Assembly: GCA_964500025.1 (NCBI GenBank)
Contig: CAZCMQ010000003.1
Span: forward strand, 1-27,662
DNA from: an uncultured Candidatus Saccharibacteria bacterium
GTDB taxonomy: Bacteria; Patescibacteriota; Dojkabacteria; SC72
DNA length: 27,662 nt
Reading direction: 5' to 3'
The position numbers and the translations under genes are program-made. Of the stretch, positions 24,792-27,662 are shown piece by piece (position 1 is the stretch's first letter; each line of letters opens with the position of its first letter). The notes below the pieces were generated by a model. The model was not told where the DNA came from. It worked only from the letters and a program-made list of their open reading frames with translations, and made no database searches.

Positions 24792-25901
24792 ATGGAATTA
24801 GTCATAACCCTCATACTAGGACTCATTGCAGGTGCAGCACTTGTATATTTGCTGGTAAAAAAACAATCTTCTACTGAAAATATTGCAGACCAATTGAAAG
24901 AGATTCTTCCAGAGGCGATGAAGCCTCTAACGGATCAGTTGATAACTCTTGCTGACCAAAAACTCGGTGCAGAGAAGAAAGAAATTAAAACTGACTTGGA
25001 AAATAAGAGGTCAGAAATTGAAAGACTCATAAAGACAATGCAGCAGGACTTGAAAGAGAGCAAAGAGTCACTTAACCAAGCTGAAAAGGATAGAACAGGT
25101 TCGTTCATGGCTCTAAAAAATTCTCTTGAGGAGTATAAACAGGTTACTGACCAATTGAAGGTGAGTACAGAGGGTCTTAGAAGCGTGCTATCTAACAACC
25201 AGCTTAGAGGTCAGTTTGGAGAACAGGTTGCAGAAGAACTTCTAAAGATGGCTGGATTTGTTCCAGGAGAGTATGAGTTTAATAAAGAGCAGGCTGGTAG
25301 TGAGACGCGTCCAGATTTTGCCATTTTCCTACCGGATAGAACACGAATTAATGTTGATGCGAAGTTCCCTTATGCAAATCTTCAAAGAAGCGCAGAGACG
25401 GATGATGTTGAGATGAAAAAGAAATACTTAAAAGACTTTGAGCAGGATGTTAAGGCCAAGATAAAGCAGGTAACGACGAGAGACTACATTAATCCAGAAG
25501 ATAAGACAGTTGATTTTGTCCTTCTTTTCATTCCAAACGAGATGATATTCTCTTATATCTACGACAAATTAAATGATGTTTGGAGTGATGCGATGGAGAA
25601 GAAGGTTGTGTTTGTTGGTCCATTCAGCTTTACGGCTCTTTTGAGGATGATTAAGCAGTCATATGATAATTTCAGAGTTCAGGGGAACATTCAGAATATA
25701 ATTGGACATGTTAGAGGGTTGGAGAAGGAGTTTGAAAAATTTACTCTTGAATTTGAAAAGTTTGGAGATAGGATTGATTCCCTTTCTAAGCAATATGACC
25801 AAGTAAGTAGGACAAGAGTGAATCAAATGAATAGAATTATGGAGAAGGTACAGCTAGAAGACTCGCAAGAAGAAAATGAACAGCCTAGATTGATAGGTTA
25901 G
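24792..25901 (+). CDS. rmuC: DNA recombination protein RmuC family
   Basis: N-terminal TM, a long coiled coil, then LRGQFGEQVAEELLKMAGF ... EYEFNKEQ ... RPDFAIFLPDRTRINVDAKFP, which matches the RmuC core (RGxWGE...RPDxxIxLPxxxxxxIDSKxP). Confidence 0.8.
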   Translation: MELVITLILGLIAGAALVYLLVKKQSSTENIADQLKEILPEAMKPLTDQLITLADQKLGAEKKEIKTDLENKRSEIERLIKTMQQDLKESKESLNQAEKDRTGSFMALKNSLEEYKQVTDQLKVSTEGLRSVLSNNQLRGQFGEQVAEELLKMAGFVPGEYEFNKEQAGSETRPDFAIFLPDRTRINVDAKFPYANLQRSAETDDVEMKKKYLKDFEQDVKAKIKQVTTRDYINPEDKTVDFVLLFIPNEMIFSYIYDKLNDVWSDAMEKKVVFVGPFSFTALLRMIKQSYDNFRVQGNIQNIIGHVRGLEKEFEKFTLEFEKFGDRIDSLSKQYDQVSRTRVNQMNRIMEKVQLEDSQEENEQPRLIG

Positions 25902-26964
25902 TATCGTACCGCTTTTTCTCAATATAGCTAAGAGCCCTCTCTTTAAGTCTCTCGCACACTTCAATCCAATTTTCTTTTCTGCTGCTGTGACTTAATATCT
26001 CTCTGTACCACTCTCCTCTTCTATCAATTTCTCTAAGAGCCGCAATAGAAACAACTTCATCATTGGTTATTGCAAACCCTGCCATGCTAATTCCAGTTTC
26101 AGTAGGAGATTTATACTTCAATATACCTTCTATTGGGGAAAGAATTTTTTCCACTATCTTAAATGCTTCAATATCTCTGTTGTAATTAACCGCTTCAACG
26201 CCATTAGAATTCAAGTGGTATTGATCGATCAGATTATAATCCCCAATATCAGCTGTGGCTGCTTCATAAGCAAGATTTACTGGGTGGTTGAGCTCCAAAT
26301 TCCATATTGGAAAAGTTTCATATTTTGCAAAGCCTGCTTTTGTTCCCAATGTTGAATCCAGGTATATCTGCCCAAGGCTTGTAGATAATTTCCCGCTATT
26401 TGATGCCGCTCCGATTACAACCACTAGCTCTTTTTCAACCCTTATATAATCATCCTGACCATATCCAGCTGCACTTAAAACTTTAGGATTGTTTGGATAT
26501 CCTGGTATTTCAAATCTATTATAAGTTTCATATCCAAGCTCCTTCATCTGATTTGTATACATTAGAGCCATTTCATGGTTTACTTCATTGATGAGGTTGA
26601 CTGATATATAAGGTCTTATACCCATTCTTCTCTCTATGTCCTGAACCAACTCAAGTGTTGTCTCAACATACCCTTTATCCTGATTACTAAGATGCCTGTT
26701 ATTTAGTATGTCAACCGCACTAACGCAGAATATTATATCCATCTTATCTTTTAATAATGAAAGAATCGTGATTTTATTGTCCTGTTTAAACCCAGGAAGA
26801 ACCCGGGCTCCATGGGAATCAAGAGGAAATTTCCCCCCGATTTCAAGATATAGCCGACCTCCTGCCATATCGATTCGTCTTAGAATCTCTTCTGACTGAA
26901 GTTTTAAATACTTTTTGTTGTCAAAGCCAGATTTGCTGTATGCAATGGTGTCGAACTGATTCAT
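25885..26964 (-). CDS. conserved hypothetical protein, tentatively DUF1846/UPF0371-like
   Basis: 359 aa. The N-terminus GFDNKKYLKLQSEEILRRI...GGRLYLEIGGKFPLDSHGARVLPGF resembles what I recall of UPF0371 N-termini (unverified). Overlaps the rmuC 3' end convergently by 17 nt. Confidence 0.5.
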   Translation of the reverse strand: MNQFDTIAYSKSGFDNKKYLKLQSEEILRRIDMAGGRLYLEIGGKFPLDSHGARVLPGFKQDNKITILSLLKDKMDIIFCVSAVDILNNRHLSNQDKGYVETTLELVQDIERRMGIRPYISVNLINEVNHEMALMYTNQMKELGYETYNRFEIPGYPNNPKVLSAAGYGQDDYIRVEKELVVVIGAASNSGKLSTSLGQIYLDSTLGTKAGFAKYETFPIWNLELNHPVNLAYEAATADIGDYNLIDQYHLNSNGVEAVNYNRDIEAFKIVEKILSPIEGILKYKSPTETGISMAGFAITNDEVVSIAALREIDRRGEWYREILSHSSRKENWIEVCERLKERALSYIEKKRYDTNLSI

Positions 26965-26978
26965 TTTACAATCCTACA

Positions 26979-27011
26979 GAAAAAAGACCGCCTCGTAAAT
27001 GAAGCGGTCTT
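26979..27011 (-). terminator. putative intrinsic terminator for the 27033..27587 gene
   Basis: On the minus strand: stem AAGACCGC/GCGGTCTT (8 bp, 26984-26991 with 27004-27011), a 12-nt loop, then TTTTTT (complement of 26979-26984). It lies 22 bp downstream of the stop at 27033. Confidence 0.45.
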
Positions 27012-27032
27012 ATCCTTGCAATTATACCTTTC

Positions 27033-27587
27033 TTACTTACCCGGTTCAGCAAAAGCTAGATATCCAGGAAGAATAATATTTACGATAGGAAATAGGATGA
27101 GTAGTCCAAGCCAGCTTGGGAACCCTCTTTTTTCAGAAATTTGCATCATCACATAAACTATAACGAATAGATTTACGAATGGCACCAGGATTAGAAGCAT
27201 ATACCAAGGGTTAATTCCTGAAAGCTTGAATGTTAGATATACATTTAATAAAGGAACCCAGGCCATCCATGGAGAAGGATCTCCAAGTTTCTGTGCAATT
27301 ACCATAAGTGTCCAGCCACCGTAAATATATGAAGATACTACGATACCAAGAACCATTACCAATCCAATTCCACCGATGAGAGCAACTGCACCAGCTGCAA
27401 GCGCACTTTCATCCTCATCCATTATAGATGTGGTATAGATTTGATCGTAATCGTATTCAAAATCAGTAGTTGTGTACGGAAGGATCTCATACTCTTCGTC
27501 TTCTTCCTGAGCGAGTACTGGGGCTGAAAACAGGAGTGCAAAAACCATTATCAGTGCACCTGCTTTAAGCATTAGTTTCTTAAACAT
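27033..27587 (-). CDS. secreted/membrane protein: signal peptide, acidic Tyr/Asp-rich segment, then about 4 TM helices
   Basis: MFKKLMLKAGALIMVFALLFSAPVLAQ (signal), EEDEEYEILPYTTTDFEYDYDQ, then several hydrophobic helices (LIGGIGLVMVLGIVV, MLLILVPFVNLFVIVYVMM, LGLLILFPIVNIIL). Confidence 0.6.
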   Translation of the reverse strand: MFKKLMLKAGALIMVFALLFSAPVLAQEEDEEYEILPYTTTDFEYDYDQIYTTSIMDEDESALAAGAVALIGGIGLVMVLGIVVSSYIYGGWTLMVIAQKLGDPSPWMAWVPLLNVYLTFKLSGINPWYMLLILVPFVNLFVIVYVMMQISEKRGFPSWLGLLILFPIVNIILPGYLAFAEPGK

Positions 27588-27662
27588 ATATAATTTCTTT
27601 AAAGTTAATACCTCAATTATTCTTTATTCTTATGAAATTTGCAATATGGAAAAGAGTCAACA

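Overview
This is a gene-dense, AT-rich 27.7 kb bacterial fragment. It probably comes from a small-genome uncultivated lineage such as CPR/Patescibacteria. That is inferred from bacterial-type markers (TsaE, TsaD, GGDEF, RmuC, HtpX, MscL) found together with a form II/III-like RuBisCO. Features shown directly by the sequence: three tRNAs (Asp-GTC, Leu-GAG, Val-TAC); a PurB-PurA operon followed by a 755-aa fusion of an ITPase (Ham1) domain with an IMPDH/GMPR-like barrel; a TsaC-TsaE fusion translationally coupled to TsaD; enolase with an SPFH protein; thioredoxin; a NUDIX hydrolase; a PhnB/VOC protein; a catalytically intact RuBisCO large subunit; MscL with a C-terminal zinc-ribbon tail; HtpX; a coiled-coil protein built from 11-residue repeats, encoded by 33-bp tandem DNA repeats; RmuC; an M20 peptidase; and two alpha/beta hydrolases. 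The most unusual region is 1579-5744, a block of seven co-directional lineage-specific ORFs abutting the 3' end of tRNA-Asp. It includes an ImmA/IrrE-type (HEXXH...E.EA..FA) zinc peptidase, a protein carrying an RNxxxH (HEPN-like) motif flanked by a ~25-bp direct repeat, small membrane proteins, and a recurring 15-nt palindromic upstream motif. I suggest this block is a candidate conflict or defence island. Many genes have a -10-like hexamer 5-9 nt upstream of the ATG and no obvious Shine-Dalgarno sequence, consistent with leaderless transcripts. No CRISPR array, rRNA, integrase or transposase was recognised.
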